From the NCBI GenBank assembly GCA_034658835.1, contig JAYEGA010000073.1, positions 1 to 40,268 on the forward strand: a DNA stretch of 40,268 nt, read 5' to 3'. Positions 20,891 through 28,561 of the stretch are shown here, piece after piece (within the stretch, counting starts at the first letter, position 1; the number at the start of each line of letters is the position of its first letter). This stretch comes from Thermodesulfobacteriota bacterium (GTDB lineage Bacteria > Desulfobacterota > Syntrophia > Syntrophales > JADFWA01). The notes below the pieces were generated by a model that was not told the origin of the DNA, did not search any database, and saw only the letters and a list, made by a program, of their open reading frames with translations. A program made the translations under genes and the position numbers.

Positions 20891-21310
20891 ATGGGTCGCA
20901 GGAGAAAGGCAAGAGAGATTGCCCTGCAGGTTCTTTATCAGATTGATGTTTTAAAGATTGATGCCAAAGAGGCTACCCAGCTTTTCTGGAGCAACTTTGA
21001 GGTGTCCGAAGAAGCGAGGGAATTCTCTTCAAGGTTGATAGAGGGCACATGGAATCACAGAGAAGGAATAGACAGGCTAATTGACAGTTGTTCCGAAAAC
21101 TGGTCTCTCGGAAGGATGGCGAAGATAGATAAAAATATTCTCCGAATGGCTACATATGAACTTTTATACTGCCATGATATTCCTTACAGGGTAACCCTTA
21201 ATGAGGCGATAGATCTTGGGAAAAATTATGGTTCAGAGAATTCAGGTTCTTTTATAAACGGTATTCTGGATGCCTTATATGCAAGATTGCAAAAGGAAAA
21301 TGCAGATTAG
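20891..21310 (+). CDS. nusB: transcription antitermination factor NusB
   Basis: 139 aa. RRKAREIALQVLYQ N-terminus and a FINGILD C-terminal motif. It follows ribH, the classical order. Confidence 0.94.
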   Translation: MGRRRKAREIALQVLYQIDVLKIDAKEATQLFWSNFEVSEEAREFSSRLIEGTWNHREGIDRLIDSCSENWSLGRMAKIDKNILRMATYELLYCHDIPYRVTLNEAIDLGKNYGSENSGSFINGILDALYARLQKENAD

Positions 21311-21854
21311 GATATCGACAAAACCGCTGGATGTTCTTAATCACGAATGTCTGGTTCTCGGATTCTTTTCTGACGAAAAGCCGCCGAGAGGTTACTGTGG
21401 CCTTGTTGATTGGCGTCTCAATGGCATGATTTCAACGAAGATTGCGAATGGTAAAATTACCGGTATCTTCATGGAAAAAGTTCTTATTGCCCCTCATCAA
21501 CGAATCCCCTCTTCAAAGGTATTACTTTTTGGTTTAGGAAAAGCGACTGAGCTAACCTACGATACATTATATATGGCAGGATACGATATTTCACACACAA
21601 TCACAAAAACAGGTTGCGTTGACTTTGCCTTTGATATCCCGGCCATCGGCAGGTGCAACCTGGAAGTACCACTGATGACAGAGGCCATGATTACAGGGTG
21701 CTTTGATTTTCTTTTGAAGGATATCGAAAAGCTGGATTCAGTTTCACCCTGTGTACTGGGCGATGAATCCTCTCTTGATGAAATTGTTCTCGGTCTGCAC
21801 AAGTTTAAGGTAAGCGTCAAAGAAAAAATCAAGATTAACATTTTAGAAGGGTAA
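21300..21854 (+). CDS. stand-alone protein resembling the N-terminal domain of M17 leucyl aminopeptidases
   Basis: MQIRISTKPLDVLNHECLVLGFFSDEKPP..KVLLFGLGKATELTYDTL parallels the PepA N-terminal domain pattern (..ACIVVGVFE.. / ..LLIGCGKE..). There is no catalytic domain. Its ATG overlaps the nusB stop by 11 nt. Confidence 0.4.
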   Translation: MQIRISTKPLDVLNHECLVLGFFSDEKPPRGYCGLVDWRLNGMISTKIANGKITGIFMEKVLIAPHQRIPSSKVLLFGLGKATELTYDTLYMAGYDISHTITKTGCVDFAFDIPAIGRCNLEVPLMTEAMITGCFDFLLKDIEKLDSVSPCVLGDESSLDEIVLGLHKFKVSVKEKIKINILEG

Positions 21855-21855
21855 A

Positions 21856-21897
21856 AATAAGGGGTCAGGTCGTGATATCACGACCTGACCCCTTATT
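21856..21897. repeat. perfect 42-bp palindrome (21+21 nt) immediately upstream of the trkA RBS
   Basis: AATAAGGGGTCAGGTCGTGAT|ATCACGACCTGACCCCTTATT. It ends 2 nt before the GGAGG that precedes the trkA GTG at 21913. Confidence 0.8.
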
Positions 21898-21912
21898 GGA
21901 GGTTGTACAAAG

Positions 21913-23280
21913 GTGAGAATAATAATAATAGGGGCAGGTGAGGTCGGCTATAACATAGCGGATATCCTTTCTAAAGAGGGCAATGATGTTGTCATTATAG
22001 ATAAAGATGAAGAACAACTGAGGATGGTCTCTGAAAATCTGGACGTACAGGCGATACAGGGCAGCGGGAGCAGTCCACATATTTTGAAAGAGGCTGATCT
22101 GGAGCGCTCTGATATGGTTGTTGCCGTAACCGATAGTGACGAGACAAATATGATAGCCTGCCTGCTTGCGGCCACACAGTCAAAGGTGCCTCTCAAGATT
22201 GCCAGGATAAGAAATCCGGAACTAAACGGAAAATCCGAACTCTTCGGGAAAGATCATCTCAATATAGATCTCTGTATAAATCCGGAGCGTGAAGCGGTAA
22301 AAAATGCTGTGAATCTCATGGAGTTTCCCGGTGCTTCGGAAATTATCGACTTTGCCGGGGGACGTATTCGACTTGTGGGGTTTAATGTTGATGATGATTG
22401 TGTTGTGGTAGGGAAAAAACTGAGTAAAATTAAAGAACTGAGCGGTGGAAAGAAAGTTTTGGTTGTATCCATCACCCGGGGAGATGAGCTTATTGTACCG
22501 ACTGGTGATTCTGTTATTAAGAAAAACGATTATCTCTTTGCTGTAGCGGAGTCGACTGAAGTCAGAGATGTACTTAATTTCTTTGGGAAGGATCTTGATC
22601 CTCCCAAAAGGGTTATAATAATGGGGGGAGGAATCACAGGTCTTATGCTGTCTGAACTGCTTGAGAAGAGAGGTATTTCCACCAAGATCATCGAAAGGAG
22701 ACAGGACAGGTGCGAAATCCTGGCATCTAAATTAAATAAAACCGTCTGTCTCCATGGTGATGGAACAAGCCAGGAACTGCTCAAGGAAGAGAACATTCAG
22801 GATACAGATTATTTTATTGCAGTGACAAATGATGAAGAAGCGAATATTTTGGGTGCCCTTCTGGCAAAGCAGCTTGGAGCCAAAAAAGTGGTGTCCCTGA
22901 TAAGCAGGGTGGACTACATTCATCTTATCTCTACGGTTGGTATAGATGGTGTCATAAACCCGAGACATGCCGCAATCAGCAAGATATTGCACTACATAAG
23001 GAAGGGAAAGATCGTTTCAGCTGCACCTCTGTACGATGACAGGGCGGAAATCTTTGAAGTTGTTGCGCTGGAGACGTCAGAAATAACGAATAAACCATTC
23101 AAAGAGATCGAATTCCCAGAGGGTACGATAGTAGGTGCCATCATGCGAGGAGATGAGGTTATCATTCCAGGTGGCGACTCTGTTGTCCTTCCGGGAGACC
23201 ATGTTGTGATTTTTGCCCTCCGTAGCGCAATTCCGCAGGTGGAAAAAATTCTGACCGTCAAACTGGATTATTTTGAATGA
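21913..23280 (+). CDS. trkA: Trk potassium uptake system NAD-binding subunit TrkA
   Basis: 455 aa with a GTG start. Two RCK/Rossmann repeats are present (IIIIGAGEVGYNIA and IIMGGGITGLML). Confidence 0.94.
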   Translation: MRIIIIGAGEVGYNIADILSKEGNDVVIIDKDEEQLRMVSENLDVQAIQGSGSSPHILKEADLERSDMVVAVTDSDETNMIACLLAATQSKVPLKIARIRNPELNGKSELFGKDHLNIDLCINPEREAVKNAVNLMEFPGASEIIDFAGGRIRLVGFNVDDDCVVVGKKLSKIKELSGGKKVLVVSITRGDELIVPTGDSVIKKNDYLFAVAESTEVRDVLNFFGKDLDPPKRVIIMGGGITGLMLSELLEKRGISTKIIERRQDRCEILASKLNKTVCLHGDGTSQELLKEENIQDTDYFIAVTNDEEANILGALLAKQLGAKKVVSLISRVDYIHLISTVGIDGVINPRHAAISKILHYIRKGKIVSAAPLYDDRAEIFEVVALETSEITNKPFKEIEFPEGTIVGAIMRGDEVIIPGGDSVVLPGDHVVIFALRSAIPQVEKILTVKLDYFE

Positions 23281-24728
23281 AGGTAAAGAACATCTTCCAC
23301 ATCCTGGGGGCATTTCTCTTCTACTTTGGTCTTGCGATGCTCCTTCCCATAGGCTGGTCTGTTTATTTCGGAGAAGGGGATCTCAATGCCCTTCTCTTAT
23401 CCCTGTTGATGACATCTGCAACAGGTGCCTTTTTTTATTTTCTCTTCAGGCCGCGTGAGGAGAAAATATCTTTAACCCACAGAGAAGGTTTTATAATTGT
23501 CACTGCCGGATGGATACTTGCTGCTGCATTCGGATCTCTTCCCTATCTTATATATGGGGTTTTTCCTACCTTTACCGATGCATTCTTTGAATCAATGTCC
23601 GGGTTTACAACTACCGGCGCAACAGTTATCGCAAATATAGCAGACATTCCCCACGGTATACTCTTGTGGCGTTCTCTCACCCAGTGGCTGGGAGGAATGG
23701 GGATTATCATACTGTCAATTGCCATTCTTCCGCTCCTCGGGGTTGGTGGAATGCAACTGTATAAAGCGGAGCTGCCGAGTCCGGTAAAGGATAAGCTTAA
23801 ACCACGCATAGCAGAGACGGCCAGGATTCTCTGGATCGTTTATGCTATCATCTCAACAGTTGAATTTATCCTGCTCCTTTTCGGAGGAATGAGTGTTTTT
23901 GATTCAATGTGTCATACTTTCACCACAATGGCCACAGGTGGTTTCTCTACAAGTGATTCCAGTATAGCCTCTTTCCACAGTGCATACATAGACGCTGTCA
24001 TCACAGTATTTATGCTGATAGCCGGAATCAACTTCTCCCTTCATTACAGCCTGCTGACAGGAAACTTTAAGACCTTCTTTAAAAACAGCGAACTCCGTTT
24101 CTTTCTTGCCGTTGCACTTATTGCAACAATTGTAGTAACTCTGAATCTGCGTCTGAATCTCTTTGACGAAATGGCAAAATCTTTCCGCTATGCCTCCTTC
24201 CAGGTGGTTTCCATATTTACCACAACAGGTTATACAACAGACAACTTTGCCAGCTGGCCGGCACTCTCCAAGATCATATTGCTCCTGTTAATGTTTGTAG
24301 GTGGATCGGCGGGTTCCACTGGTGGGAGCATAAAATGCCTGAGGGTACTCCTTATTATAAAACATGCTTACAAGGAACTGTACAGGCTTATACATCCCCA
24401 TGCAGTGGCCACGGTTAAACTCGGGAAAAACAAAGTATCCGCAGAGGTGATGGGAAGCATCTGGGGGTTTTTCATCCTGTATCTTTCGTTGACCGTCGTT
24501 GCTACCCTGATTATGTCTTTCCTTGGGCTGGATATGATGACAGCCTTTTCATCGGTTGCTGCAACAATCGGTAATGTGGGACCGGGATTCGGGATGGTAG
24601 GCCCATCTTCGACTTACAGTGAGATCCCTTACCTTGGAAAGTGGGTTCTGTCGTTCTGTATGCTTGTGGGCAGGCTTGAAATTTATACCGTTATTGTTCT
24701 TCTGATTCCGGAATTCTGGAGGAAGTAG
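23277..24728 (+). CDS. trkH: Trk potassium uptake system membrane subunit TrkH
   Basis: 483 aa, polytopic. Has selectivity-filter-like TTTG/TGG motifs (GFTTTGATV, MATGGFST, FTTTGYTT). There is a 4-nt overlap with trkA. Confidence 0.94.
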   Translation: MKVKNIFHILGAFLFYFGLAMLLPIGWSVYFGEGDLNALLLSLLMTSATGAFFYFLFRPREEKISLTHREGFIIVTAGWILAAAFGSLPYLIYGVFPTFTDAFFESMSGFTTTGATVIANIADIPHGILLWRSLTQWLGGMGIIILSIAILPLLGVGGMQLYKAELPSPVKDKLKPRIAETARILWIVYAIISTVEFILLLFGGMSVFDSMCHTFTTMATGGFSTSDSSIASFHSAYIDAVITVFMLIAGINFSLHYSLLTGNFKTFFKNSELRFFLAVALIATIVVTLNLRLNLFDEMAKSFRYASFQVVSIFTTTGYTTDNFASWPALSKIILLLLMFVGGSAGSTGGSIKCLRVLLIIKHAYKELYRLIHPHAVATVKLGKNKVSAEVMGSIWGFFILYLSLTVVATLIMSFLGLDMMTAFSSVAATIGNVGPGFGMVGPSSTYSEIPYLGKWVLSFCMLVGRLEIYTVIVLLIPEFWRK

Positions 24729-24856
24729 GATTGAAAGAATATTGAAAAGAGGTGCTTGCTTTCAATCAACGCACATTTACTGGGAGAATAAATCTGTCCC
24801 CTTGCTTTGCAGAGATATCGGTGGCCGTTGAAGGGTTATTAAAACGTATTTTATTC

Positions 24857-24886
24857 TTGAGGGAAAGTGTGTTATATTCATATATA
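24857..24886 (+). promoter_or_regulatory. candidate promoter of the RiPP-like operon
   Basis: TTGAGG (24857-24862), an 18-nt spacer, then TATATA (24881-24886). This is about 60 nt upstream of the ATG at 24949. Confidence 0.3.
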
Positions 24887-24948
24887 TTTGTGGGATATTG
24901 AGTTTTCTTGAGGTTAGCTCATGGCGATCAGGAAAGTGCAGGACTTTT

Positions 24949-25218
24949 ATGGAAGATGATGTAATTCTGGCAGAAGTTGACGGAGAAGGCATGATTATAG
25001 ATGTTGAGAAAGGCTCCAGTCATTTCCTGAACGAGACAGCTCTTCTCATATATAAAATGTCAAAGGAAGGTAAGAGTGAAGAAGAGATAAAGGCCGTTAT
25101 TTCAAGGGAATACGATGTTGATGAAAATGAGGTTGAAAAAGATATCCGAAAGTTTTTGGAACTACTTGAAGAAAAGGCGGTATCATGGGGAAAAAGAAAT
25201 ACATCAAACCGGAAATAA
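24949..25218 (+). CDS. PqqD-family peptide chaperone (RiPP recognition element), copy 1
   Basis: 90 aa from the internal ATG. VILAEVDGEGMIIDVEKGSSHFLNETALLIYKMSKEGKSEEEIKAVISREYDVDENEVEKDIRKFLELLEEKAV matches the PqqD pattern (..LNeta..iw.l..g..s.eEi...l..eYdvd.eev..Dv..fl..L.e..). Confidence 0.85.
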   Translation: MEDDVILAEVDGEGMIIDVEKGSSHFLNETALLIYKMSKEGKSEEEIKAVISREYDVDENEVEKDIRKFLELLEEKAVSWGKRNTSNRK

Positions 25219-25430
25219 GGGAAGAGTCCCAGATCCTGACGGTTAGAGCATGGGTAACAACCACACAATATCAGTTGTCACAGCCTACGACGGAAAGCAG
25301 CGTTGCGTTACAGAATATTGTTGAAAGGGTCAGCCGGACTTCACAGGCTCAGCAGGAGTTTATTACTCAATCCAGTGTTTCGGTACAAACCGTCCTTTCC
25401 CGAATATTCAGCAGAGGGCGGCGTCCTTAA
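25185..25430 (+). CDS. candidate RiPP precursor peptide, 81 aa, cysteine-free
   Basis: It is the only open frame spanning the gap between the RRE gene and the first rSAM gene. Its ATG lies 34 nt inside the RRE gene. The N-terminus MGKKKYIKPEIREES carries a YxKPxI motif like RRE-bound leaders. The rest is Q/S/T/V-rich (10 Q, 11 S, 9 T; no C, H, D) and ends in SRGRRP. Confidence 0.6.
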   Translation: MGKKKYIKPEIREESQILTVRAWVTTTQYQLSQPTTESSVALQNIVERVSRTSQAQQEFITQSSVSVQTVLSRIFSRGRRP

Positions 25431-25503
25431 CGCCTGTCCGGTATTGTGATCTGTCTTGAATCAGCTTATAACACGCCAACTATCCACTTAATTAAATTAT
25501 TAG

Positions 25504-26487
25504 ATGATAAACAATGTTGCCATAGATATTACCAATTACTGTAATTTTGATTGCATCCACTGCCTCAGGGATAAACTGTCTCCCAGAGCGCATATGCAGA
25601 CTGAATTGCTGGAGTTTGTGCTAAGGGAGGTTTCATCCGTTGGCATAAGGGAAGTCTGTCTGACAGGTGGCGAGCCGGCGCTTCACCCGGATCTTAAGCA
25701 GATATTCAGGCTCATAAAAGAATATGGGATGCGATTCAGTCTGGTAAGCAACGCGTTTCTTTTTGAGGAAAGGATTCTTCCTCTTATTGATTCGGAAGTA
25801 AGAGAGTGTTTTTCCGGCGTCTGCTTCAGCCTTGATGGCGCAACGTCCGCTTCCCACGACATGCTTAGGCACGAGGGTAGCTTCGATAAGGTTATCAAGT
25901 CGATCGATGTTTGTGTGCAAGGAAATATTCCTGTATCCGTTAAAAGTATTATTCATAGAGAGAATATAAACGACATAACGGATGTTACCTGTTTATGCAC
26001 ATCTATGGGTGTCGGGAGCCTCGGGTTTGTCCTTCTAACTCCGACACCGCGTTTAATATCAGAAAAATTGATGCCCTCACCTCAGGAATACATGGATGTT
26101 ACGAGGTATATCAAGGGTAGAATCATTCCTTCATTTTCCATGGTAGTCAATATCGAAGGATATGCTGATCCTGATTACAAGGTTTCCTTTTGTAACCCCG
26201 CCCAGGGAATTTCCATTGATCATGAAGGAAATATCATCTTCTGCTGCAACCTCTCTCACCCAATAGCAGGAAACGGGCCGGATACATTCGGGAAGGAGTT
26301 TCTTGGAAATATCAAGGAAATCGGCATTGAGGAGGGGATAATAAGACATTACCGGACTTTTGCATGGTTTATGGAAAAGGTAATAGATTCAAACCTCAAA
26401 GGGCATCAGACAAGAAACTGCGTATCATGTTTTAAGCTTTTTGATAAAATGGATTGGATTAAAGAGTATGAGAGCCCCTACAATTGA
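25504..26487 (+). CDS. radical SAM peptide maturase, paralog 1 (abbreviated twitch/SPASM-like C-terminus)
   Basis: 327 aa. Has the CNFDCIHC (CxxxCxxC) motif and the GGEP motif. The C-terminal part has C-x11-G-x4-C (CNPAQGISIDHEGNIIFC) plus CVSC. Confidence 0.88.
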   Translation: MINNVAIDITNYCNFDCIHCLRDKLSPRAHMQTELLEFVLREVSSVGIREVCLTGGEPALHPDLKQIFRLIKEYGMRFSLVSNAFLFEERILPLIDSEVRECFSGVCFSLDGATSASHDMLRHEGSFDKVIKSIDVCVQGNIPVSVKSIIHRENINDITDVTCLCTSMGVGSLGFVLLTPTPRLISEKLMPSPQEYMDVTRYIKGRIIPSFSMVVNIEGYADPDYKVSFCNPAQGISIDHEGNIIFCCNLSHPIAGNGPDTFGKEFLGNIKEIGIEEGIIRHYRTFAWFMEKVIDSNLKGHQTRNCVSCFKLFDKMDWIKEYESPYN

Positions 26488-27478
26488 CATTGTTAATTTT
26501 TGCAATTTTTCATGTCGGCACTGCCTTGTGGAGAAGTCCGCAAAGCCTGAGTATATAGATAAAGATCTTTTTTCTCATCTTATGAGAGAGCTCCGATATC
26601 TGGGATTTAAATATGCAGGAATTACAGGTTCAGGGGAAATATCACTCCACCCCCAGTTAGAGGATATCTTTTTAAGCCTGGCGGAAAACAATATCGATTT
26701 TGAAATACTTACAAACGGTTATTTATTCAAAGAGAAAATATTCCCCTTAATTAGGAATCCTTTGATAAGGAAGCGGGTTCAACTGATAGGATTCAGCCTG
26801 GATAGCGCAAGAGAGGATATTCATGACGGGAACAGAAAGGAAGGTAGTTTCAGAAGGGTGGTGGAGGCTATAGGACTCTGTCGTCTGCTGGGGATACCTT
26901 TTTATATTAAAACAGCGGTGACAAACTTAAACAAGAACGAATTGAGAGATATACTCCTGTTTACTTCAGGCCTCGGGGCCGTTTCACAGTCATTTATCTT
27001 CATCCAGCCTACAAAGAGGCTCATAGAGGAGGAACTCATTCCGGACCCGGATGAGATATACCAGCTTTTTACGCAACTTACAGATTGGCGCCGGATATAT
27101 CCCCGGTTAAAACTTGAGGCATTCAATACAGCTAATGACCTTTTTGCCTGTAATGCCTTTTACAAATTCGGCATCGATGAGGAGGGGAACTATCTCTTCT
27201 GCAACAACTTAAGTAATGTGGGAACCTCCGCAGAGAATTATAAAGGAAAAGAGTGCATCGGCAGCATTAAAGAAATTTCATTAGAGGATCTCATTGTAAG
27301 GCATCTCAATTATTTACCGGAAGTTCTTAAATGGCGGTTTGAAAGAAAAGATGCTATTAAGAAGGCGCCACTTTCCTTATGCAACTGGTGTTTTTATCAA
27401 TTTGGCAAATTAGACTGGCTAAAAGACTATCCTGATTCACCCTGGACACAATGCTTGACTTTAACATCTATGGATTAA
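26468..27478 (+). CDS. radical SAM peptide maturase, paralog 2
   Basis: Has CNFSCRHC. It aligns by eye with paralog 1 over its whole length (EGSF, LI.E.L.P.P.E, C-x11-G-x4-C = CNAFYKFGIDEEGNYLFC, CNWC, the ..DW.K.Y..SP tail). I prefer the ATG at 26468. The track start at 26441 is a TTG. It overlaps the paralog 1 stop. Confidence 0.88.
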   Translation: MRAPTIDIVNFCNFSCRHCLVEKSAKPEYIDKDLFSHLMRELRYLGFKYAGITGSGEISLHPQLEDIFLSLAENNIDFEILTNGYLFKEKIFPLIRNPLIRKRVQLIGFSLDSAREDIHDGNRKEGSFRRVVEAIGLCRLLGIPFYIKTAVTNLNKNELRDILLFTSGLGAVSQSFIFIQPTKRLIEEELIPDPDEIYQLFTQLTDWRRIYPRLKLEAFNTANDLFACNAFYKFGIDEEGNYLFCNNLSNVGTSAENYKGKECIGSIKEISLEDLIVRHLNYLPEVLKWRFERKDAIKKAPLSLCNWCFYQFGKLDWLKDYPDSPWTQCLTLTSMD

Positions 27479-28143
27479 GAGCGCGGGTAAACTTTATAAG
27501 CCGCAACGATGAAGAAGAGGTCGCCGGCCTGCTCAAATTCTTCTTAATAGAGCAAGTTGAGAAGGTTAAGGTAAACCTTGATTTCATAAAGGAAGAGGTA
27601 GCCCAGGAAATAGGGGGGCTTTTTTACCGGTATCTTGCCGAAATCGGCATATGGGCAATACATTCCGGAGGTTTTCACTTTAAAGGAGGGCATCTTGTCG
27701 TAGGACCCTCTGATTGCGGCAAATCGACCATGAGTTATCTGGCTATGAAAAATGGACTTTCCCTTTTGAGTGATGATATTACACTGTTGAGGGAATCCGC
27801 CAATGGCATTGAGATACTTCCTTTTTACTCCACTATTTTTTTAAATAATGAGGTGATTGTTCCCGAGCCTGAGCAGTTTAAACCGGCCATCCTGAAATAC
27901 TTCCTTTTTCCGAGAGCCATCAGCGGTCCGACTTTTGTTAAAAAAACGAAAAAAAGGATAGATTTATTAAGGCGGTTGACACCCCAGCTTTTATGGTCAT
28001 ATAACAAGAAGGAACAGGAAAGACAGAAAAGATTGTTGGAAAAGCTGTGCGATTATCCGGCCTTTGAAGTATGCTGGGGACCGGATCTTCGTGGGGATAG
28101 TTCTCTTTTCAGGGAGATGCTGAATGAGATTGTACAGGGTTAA
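27451..28143 (+). CDS. HPr-kinase-related (HprK C-terminal-like) putative peptide kinase
   Basis: 230 aa. IHSGGFHFKGGHLVVGPSDCGKSTMSYLAMKNGLSLLSDDITLL parallels the HprK segment lHG..v...G.GvLi.G.SG.GKSe.al.L...Gh.LvaDD. It overlaps the rSAM2 stop by 28 nt. Confidence 0.75.
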   Translation: MLDFNIYGLRARVNFISRNDEEEVAGLLKFFLIEQVEKVKVNLDFIKEEVAQEIGGLFYRYLAEIGIWAIHSGGFHFKGGHLVVGPSDCGKSTMSYLAMKNGLSLLSDDITLLRESANGIEILPFYSTIFLNNEVIVPEPEQFKPAILKYFLFPRAISGPTFVKKTKKRIDLLRRLTPQLLWSYNKKEQERQKRLLEKLCDYPAFEVCWGPDLRGDSSLFREMLNEIVQG

Positions 28144-28561
28144 AGGAAACTCCATGTATCCCTTTTTAAGGGATGATGATTTTGTGATAGTAAGGGAACT
28201 TCCTTTCGAAAGTTTTAGAAAGGGCAATCTTCTCGTATTCGAAGGTGAAGAAGGGGAATATATCATCCACAGGGTGGTCAAAAAAGTGTATGGCAATTTT
28301 GTTTATGTCAGGGGTGATGGGTATAATCTCACGGAAGAATTAGTAGAAAAGAGTTCCATAGCGGGAAAGGTTACAGAGGTCATCAGAGAAGGCAAATTAA
28401 TACGCATTAATAGATTGAAAGAGCGGTATTTCTGGATTGTCTCCAGGTTTAAGGAATATTTAAAACGCTTTTTAAGGGGAGATATCACGAATCGCGGCAG
28501 TCGGAGATGTCTGCTCGCAAATCTACATAATTCCCAAAATGAAGGAGGGAATTTATTATGA
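28124..28561 (+). CDS. S24/S26-family (ER/archaeal SipW-type signal-peptidase-like) protease without an N-terminal membrane anchor
   Basis: 145 aa. Has VKGNSMYPFLRDDDFVIV (GxSMxP nucleophile box), IIHRVVKKV (HRV box) and VRGDGYN..E (KGDNN-like box). The nucleophile box begins at residue 8, so there is no TM segment before it. Confidence 0.7.
   Translation: MRLYRVKGNSMYPFLRDDDFVIVRELPFESFRKGNLLVFEGEEGEYIIHRVVKKVYGNFVYVRGDGYNLTEELVEKSSIAGKVTEVIREGKLIRINRLKERYFWIVSRFKEYLKRFLRGDITNRGSRRCLLANLHNSQNEGGNLL

Noticed and set aside
25185-25430. Sactipeptide, ranthipeptide or SCIFF-type precursor, or a PqqA-like precursor
   Set aside because: The peptide contains no cysteine, so thioether chemistry is impossible. 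It lacks the E-x3-Y pair of PqqA (the only core Tyr is in TTTQY). No pqqB or pqqC genes are present.
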